Origin: an uncultured Planctomycetales bacterium
GTDB taxonomy: Bacteria > Planctomycetota > Phycisphaerae > UBA1845 > JAFGLZ01
NCBI GenBank assembly: GCA_964596165.1
Contig: CAZQTW010000014.1
Location: 19,219-83,218, forward strand
Direction: 5' to 3'
DNA length: 64,000 nt
Shown here: in pieces, positions 9,481 through 18,995 of the stretch
Layout: every line of letters begins with the position of its first letter
Numbering within the stretch: the stretch's first letter is position 1
Position numbers and translations under genes: made by a program
Notes under the pieces: model-generated
What the model saw: the letters and a program-made list of their open reading frames with translations, nothing else
Database searches by the model: none
Told to the model about the DNA's origin: nothing

Positions 9481-11724
9481 TCAGGTCTGCAAGACGGTCC
9501 GAACCGTCTCGACCAGTTCGGACGGATGATAGGGCTTCTGGAGAAAGCCGGATAGGCCCTGACCCGTGAACCGGTTTTCGACGTCGACCTCACTGAAGCC
9601 GCTGGACAGGATCACCCGCACATCAGGGCTAATCCGTCGCAATTCGGCAAAAGCTTGTTGACCGTCGATGTCCGGCATCGTCAGATCCAGAATGACCGCC
9701 ACACACTCGTTCTGGAGTTGACGGAAGGCCTCGATACCCTTGCGCCCGTTCTCCGCAGCAACGACCTCGAACCCAAATCGCTCGAGCGTATGGGTGGCGA
9801 CCCGACGAACCGATGCCTCATCATCGATCACGAGTATCGTGCCGCTGCCCGACCAAGACGGCGAAGCCTCTCTTGTTTCGCTCGACGTCCTGGCGGTTTG
9901 ACCGCAGCTTGGCAGCAACACCTTGATGCTCGTACCTCTTCCAAGTTCGCTGTAGACGCGTATAGCACCTCGATGGCCTCGGACGATGCCCAAGACGGCC
10001 GCCAGTCCCAAGCCCCGGCCGGTGAACTTCGTGGTGAAGAAGGGATCAAAGATCTTTGCCCTCGTGGCCTCGTCCATTCCGCATCCCGTATCGGCGACCT
10101 CCACAAAGACGTATTCTCCCTCGGGCAAATCCTCGTTGAGGTACGATTGGGCCAGATAAGCCTTGTCGGCAAGCATGACGCCCGTACTGAGGGTAACCAC
10201 GCCGCTCTTGTCGCCTATGGCATCCGAGGCGTTCGTAATCAGATTCATGACCACTTGCCGGATTTGCGCGGAGTCGGCTTCGATTGCCGGGAGGTTTCGT
10301 ACGATGTTGTACCGTAGGACTACCTTTTTCGATATGGCCGCCTGAAGCAGATGCGCCATCTCCTCGACCAGCCGCGCGAGGTCCAGTTGTTCAACGACGA
10401 ATCTCCCCTTTCCTGAGTAAGCGAGCATCTGGTTCGTCAGTTCAGCCGCCCGACGTGCGGCAAGCTCGATCTGTTCCACGCTGTGGCGGCCGGGCGATTC
10501 CGGGGACATGTCCATTAGCGCCAGTCCGGCGTTACCCAGGATTCCCGTCAACAGGTTGTTGAAGTCGTGGGCAATTCCTCCGGCGAGAATGCCCAGGCTC
10601 TCAAGTTTCTGGGCATGTTGGATTTGGGCTTCCAGCTTCCGATGCTCTTCTTCGGCCATGGCCGACTGGATCACGTGGCTGCAACTGATGGCCACGCTTT
10701 CCAGAAGCGAATCTTCATCCGGATCGATCGGGTGCTTTGCGAACAGCGCCAACACGCCGATCGTTTCTCCGTTGGAGGAAACCAGTCGATAGCCGGCAAA
10801 GGAGACCAATCCGACGTCTCTTGCCCATTGGCGATCGTGGATGCGAGGATCGTTCGTTACATCGTTGGTCAGGAGCTTGCGACTTTCTCCCGCGGCTACT
10901 CGGCCGATCTTGTAGCAGCCGAAGGGAACTCGCTGGTGCATCCGGCCGTCCAGATGGGTATATCGCCCGGAACTGGCCGCCAGGCGAAGACACCGATCCC
11001 GGTGTAGACAGACATGGGGACCTTCCTTCGCCTCGGCATGCACGCATCCTGAGTTGCAGAGATCGCCGGGCCCTGTCACCCAGATGCGACAGAAGTCGGC
11101 GCCGAATGCCTCCACGACGGCATCGGCAATCCCTCTCAACCTCGCATCGAGCGTGTCGAAAGCGAAAAGATCCTCTTGGAACAGACGACTCAGTCTTGCC
11201 TGTCGATCCAATGTCCGTTTCAGGGTATCCTCCGCCCGCTTGCGCTCGGTGATATCCGGAAACATCACGACGCCGGCAATCAGGTTGCCCGATCGATCGC
11301 GTACGGGCGCCGCATTCACCAGTATCCATCTTTCCGTACCGTTCTTCCTGACGACCCTCATCTCCTTCTGAGTGGTCACCTTGCCTTGCAGCGACAGAGC
11401 CAGAGGGAGTTCAGTTTTGGGAATCGGGCGGCCATCGGCCCCGCAGTCCTTCCAGGATTGCCGGAGAGTTATGAGGTTCACTCCTCGTCTCATGGCAGGT
11501 TCATCTTCGACTCCGAGCGTCCGCCTGCACGCGTCGTTAAAGATCTCCACGGTTCCATTCGGCGATGCGATGGCGATCGGAATCGGCGACTGCTCGACGA
11601 CGGCCTTGAGTAGCACCTCCGTGCGCGTCGATTCTTCTCGTGTCCTTTTTCGCGCGAGCCGATCCTCGAAGACTCCCACTGCGCCGGTAACCCTTCCTCC
11701 GTCGTCCTTGATCGGTATTCTCAC
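9481..11724 (-). CDS. Hybrid sensor histidine kinase (PAS-PAS-GAF-HisKA-HATPase_c-REC), main body
   Basis: H-box GGIAHDFNNLLTGILG, N-box VMNLITNASDAI, DTGCGMD and GRGLGLA. C-terminal receiver ILVIDDEASVRRV...ILDLTMPDIDG...GFLQKP. The ORF has only a GTG start that falls inside a PAS fold (see frameshift finding). Confidence 0.9.
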   Translation of the reverse strand: MRIPIKDDGGRVTGAVGVFEDRLARKRTREESTRTEVLLKAVVEQSPIPIAIASPNGTVEIFNDACRRTLGVEDEPAMRRGVNLITLRQSWKDCGADGRPIPKTELPLALSLQGKVTTQKEMRVVRKNGTERWILVNAAPVRDRSGNLIAGVVMFPDITERKRAEDTLKRTLDRQARLSRLFQEDLFAFDTLDARLRGIADAVVEAFGADFCRIWVTGPGDLCNSGCVHAEAKEGPHVCLHRDRCLRLAASSGRYTHLDGRMHQRVPFGCYKIGRVAAGESRKLLTNDVTNDPRIHDRQWARDVGLVSFAGYRLVSSNGETIGVLALFAKHPIDPDEDSLLESVAISCSHVIQSAMAEEEHRKLEAQIQHAQKLESLGILAGGIAHDFNNLLTGILGNAGLALMDMSPESPGRHSVEQIELAARRAAELTNQMLAYSGKGRFVVEQLDLARLVEEMAHLLQAAISKKVVLRYNIVRNLPAIEADSAQIRQVVMNLITNASDAIGDKSGVVTLSTGVMLADKAYLAQSYLNEDLPEGEYVFVEVADTGCGMDEATRAKIFDPFFTTKFTGRGLGLAAVLGIVRGHRGAIRVYSELGRGTSIKVLLPSCGQTARTSSETREASPSWSGSGTILVIDDEASVRRVATHTLERFGFEVVAAENGRKGIEAFRQLQNECVAVILDLTMPDIDGQQAFAELRRISPDVRVILSSGFSEVDVENRFTGQGLSGFLQKPYHPSELVETVRTVLQT

Positions 11725-12041
11725 AACGTCAGTCCGGCCTGGTCGATTTCTGGTCCGAATGCTGCCGCCCCTCCTGGCCGGCCGGTATTCAATACGCGAA
11801 GGTCGTCCGCACGCTGCCTGTCAGCCTGCTCTGCGGGCAAGATGTCGTGGTCGGTCTTGCCGATGATGCTCGCCCGGCGCTTTCTCAGGAGCCGACACAG
11901 GGCCCGGTTGACCGCGACGTATCGGAGTTGGGCATCTTTGAGGAATGCGGGTTGTTGAAGGTTGTCAATTACCGTTCGAAGAATCGCTTCGGAGTGAATC
12001 GGCGGCTTCACCCTCTTGCTGCCTCTTCCAGAGTGGTTCAT
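11721..12041 (-). CDS. N-terminal PAS fragment of the same hybrid histidine kinase (separated by an apparent frameshift)
   Basis: 106 aa. SEAILRTVIDNLQQPAFLKDAQLRYVAVNRALCRLL...IIGKTDHDILPAEQADRQRADDLRVLNTG is the first two-thirds of a PAS domain. The remainder (RIPIKDDGGRVTGAVGVFED) opens the next ORF in another frame. Confidence 0.7.
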   Translation of the reverse strand: MNHSGRGSKRVKPPIHSEAILRTVIDNLQQPAFLKDAQLRYVAVNRALCRLLRKRRASIIGKTDHDILPAEQADRQRADDLRVLNTGRPGGAAAFGPEIDQAGLTL

Positions 12042-12436
12042 GCCTTGCGGGCTCCGTGGACTCGCCGGATATCAGGACGCGAACAGGTCCTGAACCGATT
12101 GGGGTTGCGATGTGGTCACCAAAAAAGCGTTTCTTGGATCACCCCAAGACAGCGACCGAGTCGAATTGACTATGAGTACTGCCCACCATCGATGCGCAGC
12201 CAACAACCCCGCGGTCAGTGAATCTAAGTCTATGCTACAACATATGCTATGGTCTGTCAAATGCGTGTAGGAATGACCGAGTTGAGTCAGGGTATTCCCA
12301 GGCAACCGGCTTTGCCATTTAGGATATACTGGATCATCGCAACGGCCATTCGTGCGGCTTCATCGCTGGGTTCACAGCCCAGGGGTCCTTGATGCTCGCC
12401 ATGAAAGCCGTCTTTGACTGGCTTGGTATCCACATC

Positions 12437-13834
12437 CTATCGCCGCTTCTTGTCCAGTTGTCCAGCCGTATGATCTCGTGGCCACGGTGCGATAGACGGG
12501 CCATCGGGATTCCAGAACACCCCGGCGGCTAGCGAGACCGCGTTCAGGAGGTTGTGCCGGCAGTTCTCCAGCGTCGGGTTCCATGACGTCATCAACATCC
12601 CCGGCACCTTTTTGGGGTCGAGCTGTGTGGCCGCATAGCGTGACAGCAAGTAGATGTTCTGGTCTTCCGACCAGTTCGCGCCGGCAGGGATGTTGTCGTA
12701 GCCCATGTCGACGATCGCCTTGAGCGTCGGGAACTCCTTCTGTCGCGAGTAATTCCAGTCGCTCATGAGGATGTCCTTGGGAATCGCCGGTCTCGGTCCC
12801 TCGCGCGTGGGCCAGAGCGGATCAGCCCACATCCACGTTCGCGCGCCGTGCTTACGAATGGTCTGGTCGAATCGCTTGACCGCATCGAGCCATACCTGCC
12901 CCTCACGAATCACGATGTGCTCCAGCTTCAGCCCACGGTGGTTCGGCAGATCCTCTTCATCCATGCCGATGTGGAAGAACCGCGGCCGTCCGAACAGCTC
13001 GCACACCTCGGCGATCAGGTCGTCGCAGACGCGATTGTACTGTTCCGTGCCGACCATCCTTTCGTACTCTTTGAGCCAGATGTCGTGCGTCGTGGCGAAA
13101 TTGAGCTTCGGAATCGGCTCGATGCCGAGGTCACGGCATTGGTTCAGCAACTCGACGAGTTGTTTCGGCGTCAAGGCGCCCTTCACGGCGATCTCCGGGT
13201 GTGAGCGGTATCGGATCGCGTCGCCGAGATCGAGGACGATCATGTTCATCTTCAGTTTGGCCATCAGCGTGACGACGTCGTTGAACACCGCTCGGTCGAA
13301 CCTGAGCTTGTCGCTGAAGCCGTAGACCACGCGGTCGTCGGGCTTGTCCTTCCACTGGTTGTAGCTGAGGTGCAGGAGGAAGGCCCGGATGCCGAAGCGC
13401 GGCTGATCGGACACGCGGACACATGCCAGGTCGGTCTGGCAGCAATTCATCAGTGTGAGCATGGCGTAGGCCATGCCCGGCCAACCGCCGGCTCGAATGA
13501 TGATACGATCGGTTTGGATCTCGAGCTCATACGCCTGATCGGCGGTGCCGGGCGTTAAGGACCGATCCGCCCGCAGCGGTTTCGGCTTGGCGGTGTTGCC
13601 GTTGCCGATCATGGCCGTGTATGCCGCCAGGCCGCGATCGGCCTGCACGACCACCTTCTTACCGGTTACTCGTTCAACTTCCTTGGCGGCCATCGCCGTG
13701 GAGGCCTCGACCCACCTCGGCGCTCCGGGTCGTACTCGCAGATTCATAGCGGCGCCACTGAAGGAGAACGTGCCGGGTCGCGTTTCGACGACCCGGGGTT
13801 GAGGATACATATCCACGGTCGCGGTCGTCGGCAT
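12437..13834 (-). CDS. Glycoside hydrolase family 20-like protein (beta-N-acetylhexosaminidase-like)
   Basis: N-terminal GH20b-like segment (YELEIQTDRIIIRAGGWPGMAYAMLTL..VSDQPRFGIRAF) followed by a TIM-barrel with HIGMDEE (GH20 H-x-G-x-D-E type Asp-Glu pair). Strong RBS GGAGGAG before ATG 13834. Confidence 0.7.
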   Translation of the reverse strand: MPTTATVDMYPQPRVVETRPGTFSFSGAAMNLRVRPGAPRWVEASTAMAAKEVERVTGKKVVVQADRGLAAYTAMIGNGNTAKPKPLRADRSLTPGTADQAYELEIQTDRIIIRAGGWPGMAYAMLTLMNCCQTDLACVRVSDQPRFGIRAFLLHLSYNQWKDKPDDRVVYGFSDKLRFDRAVFNDVVTLMAKLKMNMIVLDLGDAIRYRSHPEIAVKGALTPKQLVELLNQCRDLGIEPIPKLNFATTHDIWLKEYERMVGTEQYNRVCDDLIAEVCELFGRPRFFHIGMDEEDLPNHRGLKLEHIVIREGQVWLDAVKRFDQTIRKHGARTWMWADPLWPTREGPRPAIPKDILMSDWNYSRQKEFPTLKAIVDMGYDNIPAGANWSEDQNIYLLSRYAATQLDPKKVPGMLMTSWNPTLENCRHNLLNAVSLAAGVFWNPDGPSIAPWPRDHTAGQLDKKRR

Positions 13835-14228
13835 GATGGCTCCTCCGACTGGATGAAATGTCTCTTTTCAGCGACCGGTCCGGCCCGGACGCCCCGCCGC
13901 CATGTGCGTCCGCCGTCCTGCCGCTGCGGCCGGTGGTGATTGTAGTGTCAGACTTCTCGTCTTACAAAGCCGGAACGCTCTCCGGGGTGCATCGGGCAAA
14001 TCATGGCACATGATGCGGCGCTTTTTCCCATCCCTCTCAGCAAGGACAGGGGCGCAAACGACAAGAGAAACGCCTTCCATTCACGGAGTTCCATGCAGAC
14101 TGCCAAACGCTCCGCGGCCCATACCCCTCAATCCCCCTGAGCAAGGGGGGAGGTCGCAGGCCGCCCTGTAGCGCCTCACTCTGACTCGACACAGACAGGC
14201 CTGGGAGATAGTATTCGACTCGCCACGC

Positions 14229-16124
14229 ATGGATTCATACTCGCCAGACAAGTCGCTCCGGAGTGCCCCCGCCGATCCGCTCGCGGCGGCGGTTGAGAAG
14301 TATTGGGGCTATTCGACTTTTCGTCCGCTTCAGCGCGAGGCCATGGAGGCTGCGATGGAGCGCCGTGACTCGCTCGTAGTCTTGCCGACAGGCGGCGGCA
14401 AATCGCTTTGCTACCAGGCCCCGGCACTCCTGTTCGACACCCTGACCGTGGTCGTCTCGCCGCTCATCGCGCTGATGAAAGACCAGGTCGACGCCCTCAT
14501 CCAGCGCGGGATTCCCGCCGCGTTTCTCAACAGCAGCTTGGAGTCCGATGAGCGGCGGCTGGTTGTCGCGGGCATCCGGCGCCGAACGTTCAGGCTGCTC
14601 TTTGTCGCACCGGAGCGATTCGGCTCCGAGGCCTTTCTCGACTTGCTCGAGCAGGCCGGCGTCGGGGCATTCGCCATCGACGAGGCCCACTGCATCAGTC
14701 ACTGGGGTCACGATTTCCGCCTGGACTACCGGGAACTCGGACAACTCAAGCGGCGGTTTGCGAACGTCCCCGTTCACGCCTTCACGGCGACCGCCACCCC
14801 GCGCGTCCGCGACGACATCGTCGTTCAGCTCGGGCTCAGGGATCCCGCCGTTCTGGTCGGCGATTTCTTCCGCCCCAATTTACACTATCGCATCGTGCGC
14901 CGCCGACACCGGCTTGACGACGTGCTGGCCGCCGTTCAGGAACGGCGCGGCAAGCCCGGCATCGTCTACTGCATCCGCCGCGCCGACGTCGACGAGGTGA
15001 CGCCTCTGCTGAAAGGCATGGGGATCAAGACGGTCGGATACCACGCCGGCATGAGTGACGATGAGCGAACGGCCGCCCAGGACGCCTTCGCCGCCGGACA
15101 GGTCGACGTGGTAGTGGCCACCGTGGCGTTCGGCATGGGTATCGACCGCGCGGACATCCGCTACGTCGTCCATGCGGCCTTGCCCAAATCGATCGAGCAC
15201 TATCAGCAGGCGACGGGCCGGGCGGGCCGGGACGGCCGGCCCGCCGAATGCATCCTGTTCTATAGCGGCAGCGACTTTCGCCTGTGGCAGACCATTCTTG
15301 CCAAAAACGGATCGCCCAACCACGACGATCAAATACGGCTGCTTTCCGAGATGTACCGCTTCTGCACGGGGATGATGTGCCGTCACCGCCGGCTGGTCGG
15401 CTACTTCGGCCAGGGGTGGAACGCGGGGTCGTGCGGTGCGTGCGACATCTGCGGGAACGACTTCGCGGTGCTCGCGGATTCCACCGTCACGGCCCAGAAG
15501 ATCATGTCGTGCATTGTACGAACCGGCCAGCGCTACGGTCCGGCATACGTGGCCGACGTCTTGAGGGGTGAGGCCATCGAACCGATTGCGCGGCGCGGTC
15601 ACGACCGATTGAGCACGTTTGGCCTCATTCGCGAGCGGCCCAAATACGTGCTGACAGGATGGATGGACCAACTGGTCGATCTGGACATGTTGTCGCGCGA
15701 AGGGGAGTTTGGGATTCTCAGAGTCACACCCAGGGGTTGGGAGGTGCTGCGGGGGCAAGCCGAGGCGGTCCTTCGCGATCCCGGGGACGAACGGCCGGCA
15801 AGGAAGAGGCGGCGCCGGGCACGCGAGGCGGTCGTCCACGGTCGGGACGATCGACCCTCTCGCGGCGACGACGAGCCGTCGCGCTCGGCCAAGCCGTTTG
15901 ACGCCGATTCGCGACTCTTGTTCGAGCAATTGCGGGTGCTCCGCCGGACCATTGCGGCCGAGCGAGGCGTGCCCGCGTTCATGATCTTCAGCGACAAGAC
16001 GTTGCGAGAGATGGCCAAGGTTCGACCCACCTCCCGAAGCGCCATGCTGGCGGTGAAGGGCGTGGGTTCGGCCAAGTACGAGAGTTTCGGTCAACGCTTC
16101 ATTGAGCGGATCAAGGCGTCGTAG
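14229..16124 (+). CDS. recQ: ATP-dependent DNA helicase RecQ
   Basis: YWGYSTFRPLQREAMEA, VLPTGGGKSLCYQ, DEAHCISHWGHDFR, SFNRPNL-type FFRPNLHY, the zinc-binding Cys cluster (CRHRRLVGYFG...CGACDIC), and a C-terminal HRDC (LFEQLRVLRRTIAAERGVPAFMIFSDKTLREMA). Confidence 0.95.
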   Translation: MDSYSPDKSLRSAPADPLAAAVEKYWGYSTFRPLQREAMEAAMERRDSLVVLPTGGGKSLCYQAPALLFDTLTVVVSPLIALMKDQVDALIQRGIPAAFLNSSLESDERRLVVAGIRRRTFRLLFVAPERFGSEAFLDLLEQAGVGAFAIDEAHCISHWGHDFRLDYRELGQLKRRFANVPVHAFTATATPRVRDDIVVQLGLRDPAVLVGDFFRPNLHYRIVRRRHRLDDVLAAVQERRGKPGIVYCIRRADVDEVTPLLKGMGIKTVGYHAGMSDDERTAAQDAFAAGQVDVVVATVAFGMGIDRADIRYVVHAALPKSIEHYQQATGRAGRDGRPAECILFYSGSDFRLWQTILAKNGSPNHDDQIRLLSEMYRFCTGMMCRHRRLVGYFGQGWNAGSCGACDICGNDFAVLADSTVTAQKIMSCIVRTGQRYGPAYVADVLRGEAIEPIARRGHDRLSTFGLIRERPKYVLTGWMDQLVDLDMLSREGEFGILRVTPRGWEVLRGQAEAVLRDPGDERPARKRRRRAREAVVHGRDDRPSRGDDEPSRSAKPFDADSRLLFEQLRVLRRTIAAERGVPAFMIFSDKTLREMAKVRPTSRSAMLAVKGVGSAKYESFGQRFIERIKAS

Positions 16125-16288
16125 CGACTCCTTCGGCAGGTCGCCGTCGCGGTAACGCCTATGGGCTTGCCTACATAGGCTGCCAGCCTCCGGTGATCTC
16201 GAAGTGTATTTCGTCTTCGAAAAGGTATGCTGCTTCGGCAATGTCGCTTGGAGTCCTTTCGGATCGGTTCAGTGCCTTCCAATCCGCC

Positions 16289-16729
16289 CTATCGAGTGCC
16301 GATGACGAGATACTGATTCCCGACGATCTCCGGTCGCCGTTCGGAGAAGGCAGCCGCCAGGAGCGGCTCGATGTCCCGCTTCCGTCCGATGAGCAACTCG
16401 CACGTGGGGCAGAACCTACACGTCTTGTTCAACACGAAGATCTGATCCGGATCGATATGAATTACCAGCGGGAACTTGCGGACTCGCGTCGGGCGATCGC
16501 ACGTGGGACACTTGGTGCAGGCAAACTCATCGTATGGGTTCAGAAAGAACCGGTAGCGACGACGATTCGGGATGGAGTCGGCCGAGGGACTCACTGTTGC
16601 CTGCCACCCCCCGCAATTCCGCGCGAGGTCCACGTCGATACCTTCGTTCCGGCACGAGCCAGCTCGACCGCTGCCCCAAGCGAAAGAGCAGACAACACCA
16701 ACGTCAGGAGGAAGTAGACATCTCTCCAA
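16289..16729 (-). CDS. Zinc-ribbon hypothetical protein (two CxxC pairs); apparent 3' frameshift
   Basis: RRRYRFFLNPYDEFACTKCPTCDRPTRVRKFPLVIHIDPDQIFVLNKTCRFCPTCELLIGRK. The true start is probably internal (for example GTG 16594). A protein-like continuation runs in another frame to the stop at 16171-16173. Confidence 0.55.
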   Translation of the reverse strand: MERCLLPPDVGVVCSFAWGSGRAGSCRNEGIDVDLARNCGGWQATVSPSADSIPNRRRYRFFLNPYDEFACTKCPTCDRPTRVRKFPLVIHIDPDQIFVLNKTCRFCPTCELLIGRKRDIEPLLAAAFSERRPEIVGNQYLVIGTR

Positions 16730-16897
16730 GAGATGTGTTTTCTGTCCTTCCTAATCCGTCGCATCGACGGAATCGAGCAGTACTTGTGCCACAAACGCAC
16801 GGTCAGATGGTATAGGAATCCAGCCACCGGGCCACGACCGTTCGGTCTGCCGGTATTTGTCTCCTTCTGCGCATCGCCCTCACCCACGTCGTATACC

Positions 16898-17278
16898 TCA
16901 TATCCCCAGACTGGCACGCACGGTGTCACGAACCTTCTGAGCGATGTCAACGGCCCGGGTGCCTGTCTGCAGGTCGGCGGAGGTCCCCGGATACCGAACC
17001 TCGACCGCCAGAGCAGTCAGGGCGTTGAGCTCACTACGAAGGGCGTCCCAATCTGTTTCGAGCGGCAGGGGCAGATTTGGAATCGCTCCCAGATCGTGCG
17101 TCTTGGGAAACGACACACCTGCTTCGATGAGCTGCGCCTTCAGATACTTTTCCGCGCACTGCTGCGCGTGAAAGGCGGCGGCATCGTAGTTGGGCGATGT
17201 CGGCGCCAGCAACTCCCGCCGCGCCGTGATCAGATCGCCCTCTGCCTTATCCACCCATTCGCTCGTCATCGGCTTCAT
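16898..17278 (-). CDS. HEPN domain protein (toxin-like partner of the MNT/HEPN pair)
   Basis: 126 aa. AAFHAQQCAEKYLKAQLIEAGVSFPKTHDLGAI and LAVEVRYPG are typical of the PF05168-type HEPN. It overlaps the upstream MNT gene by 32 nt. Confidence 0.85.
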   Translation of the reverse strand: MKPMTSEWVDKAEGDLITARRELLAPTSPNYDAAAFHAQQCAEKYLKAQLIEAGVSFPKTHDLGAIPNLPLPLETDWDALRSELNALTALAVEVRYPGTSADLQTGTRAVDIAQKVRDTVRASLGI

Positions 17279-17579
17279 AGAGCACCGTCCCGTGTTGCGT
17301 CACTTCGGCGAGAAAGGGATCCCCCAGGGCCAGCCGCCCGCGAAGCTCCTCGGGAGATCGAACGAGGAGGTCCAGCGGAAACTTGGGCCGGACGCGATTG
17401 CGAATGTCGGTGGCCATTTCCCAGCTCTTGCCGGGATACGATGCGACCACCAGGACGTCCACGTCTGAGTCGGGATTCGGACTACCGCTTGCGTAAGAGC
17501 CAAACAGGAGGATGCGGCGGGGGTGAAACTCTTGCGCGACTCGATCCGCGAATTCCTGTATGTCCTTCATCGAAACCAT
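17247..17579 (-). CDS. Minimal nucleotidyltransferase (MNT) domain protein (antitoxin-like partner)
   Basis: 110 aa. The pol-beta superfamily motif is LLFGSYASGSPNPDSDVDVLVV (G-S-x10-D-x-D). Confidence 0.85.
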   Translation of the reverse strand: MVSMKDIQEFADRVAQEFHPRRILLFGSYASGSPNPDSDVDVLVVASYPGKSWEMATDIRNRVRPKFPLDLLVRSPEELRGRLALGDPFLAEVTQHGTVLYEADDERMGG

Positions 17580-17687
17580 GGTGCTGACTTCTCGAGAACG
17601 GGTTTCACTCCATGAAATCTAGCCGATCATCGCCATCGCGCCCACTGGCGGTCGTGCAGATGATCGGGTCGGTGTCAAAGACGCCCC

Positions 17688-18995
17688 TTACAGCAGCTTC
17701 GTCTGCCCCGGGATGTAGGTCGCATACCGCCCGTCGGGGCCGGGCTTCACCGGCGGTTCCATGTCGTCCTTGCAGTCCTCCGGTTTTGGGAGGTAGCAGA
17801 AGTCACTCTTATCCGCCTGCTCCCAGGTGACCTCTTTGCCGGTGTAGCAACTGATCTGCCCCATGATGCAGGCCAGGGTGCTGTTGGCCATGTGGTAGCC
17901 GCTGTTGATCGGGTTGCCCGAGCGGACCGAATCGAGCAGCGCCTTGATCTCCGCGTCGTAGGGGTTGGACTTGCCCTCGAATTTCCAGTTCGTCTCGCCT
18001 TCAATCCGGCAGGCCAAGAGATGGGCCCGCCCCTTCGTACCGAGGACGAGGCTCGAGTACTCGTCGTAGCATCCGGTGGTCGTCCGGCAGAAGGCGTACA
18101 GCTTGACGCCGTTGGCGAATTCATAGACGACCGAGTGGTGGTCGAAAACGTTGCCATAGATGTTGTCGAACATCGCGGACCGCCCACCCAGCCCGTGACA
18201 CTTGACCGGCGTCTGCTCCCGCATTGCCCACAGCGAGCGGTCGATGTTATGGACAAGCGATTGCGGCACGTCGTCGCCGCTCAACCACGTGAAGTGGTAC
18301 TGGGTGCTGCACTGGAACTGCAGTTCCGTCAGGCCCGGCGCCCGGGGTATGACGCCATAGGGCCCCCGGAGGAAGTTCTCCTCGACCGCCACGATGTCGC
18401 CGATCGCGCCGTCGTGGACCCGTTTCACCGTCTCTTGAATCCCCGTGTCGAAACGACTCTGCAGGCCGGAAACCACGCTGACCTTCTTCTGTTTGGCCAA
18501 CTCGCACGCCGCCCTCACCGTCTTGATGCCGAGCGGGTCGATCGCGTGCGGCTTCTCGACGAAGACGTGCTTGCCCGCCTCGACGGCGGTCTTCATGTGA
18601 AGCGGGTGGAACTTGGCCGCGTTGGCGATCAGGACGACGTCTACGCACTCGATCACCTTGCGGTAGCCGTCGAAACCCGTAAAGCACCGATCGTCGGAGA
18701 CGTCGACCTGATCGGGCTTGAGCTTCTTGAGAGCCTCCCGTTTGCCCTTGATGCGGTCCAGGAAGATGTCGCAAAGGGCCACGATGCGAACGCCGGGGTC
18801 GACGTTCAGGGCGTTCGCGGCCGCCCCGGCGCCGCGGCCGCCACAACCGATGACGCCGATCTTGATCGTGTCGCTTCCGGCCGCATGGACGCCGGCGTTC
18901 ATCGCCAGCGTGCCCAAGGCCGCCCCGGCGGCCGATGTCTTCAGAAAATCGCGCCGCGAGGGTCGCCGCGCCTTTGGAGTCGTGGTCGAGGACAT
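17688..18995 (-). CDS. Gfo/Idh/MocA family oxidoreductase with twin-arginine signal
   Basis: TAT motif SRRDFLKTSAAGAALG. Rossmann segment IKIGVIGCGGRGAGAA. Strong RBS AAGGAGG before ATG 18995. Confidence 0.9.
   Translation of the reverse strand: MSSTTTPKARRPSRRDFLKTSAAGAALGTLAMNAGVHAAGSDTIKIGVIGCGGRGAGAAANALNVDPGVRIVALCDIFLDRIKGKREALKKLKPDQVDVSDDRCFTGFDGYRKVIECVDVVLIANAAKFHPLHMKTAVEAGKHVFVEKPHAIDPLGIKTVRAACELAKQKKVSVVSGLQSRFDTGIQETVKRVHDGAIGDIVAVEENFLRGPYGVIPRAPGLTELQFQCSTQYHFTWLSGDDVPQSLVHNIDRSLWAMREQTPVKCHGLGGRSAMFDNIYGNVFDHHSVVYEFANGVKLYAFCRTTTGCYDEYSSLVLGTKGRAHLLACRIEGETNWKFEGKSNPYDAEIKALLDSVRSGNPINSGYHMANSTLACIMGQISCYTGKEVTWEQADKSDFCYLPKPEDCKDDMEPPVKPGPDGRYATYIPGQTKLL

Noticed and set aside
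12231-12250. TATGCTA heptamer repeated at 12231 and 12244, and again at 30162 (ATATGCTAT is shared by both AT-rich intergenic islands); considered as a common operator
   Set aside because: The motif is too short, sits in AT-rich promoter-like DNA, and has only three occurrences. It cannot be separated from chance or generic -10-like sequence without genome-wide motif statistics.
12072-12305. 77-codon minus-strand ORF in the 395-bp gap upstream of the histidine kinase
   Set aside because: It has no RBS and no motif, lies in a lower-GC promoter-like region, and overlaps the likely kinase promoter.
12290-12439. The frame stays open for about 49 protein-like codons after the TAG stop of the GH20-like gene (DVDTKPVKDGFHGEHQGPLGCEPSDEAARMAVAMIQYILNGKAGCLGIP)
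   Set aside because: The GH20-like protein already ends in a plausible basic tail. The extension matches no domain boundary I can recognise, and open frames of this length are expected by chance in GC-rich DNA. It could be a gene remnant, but the evidence is too thin.
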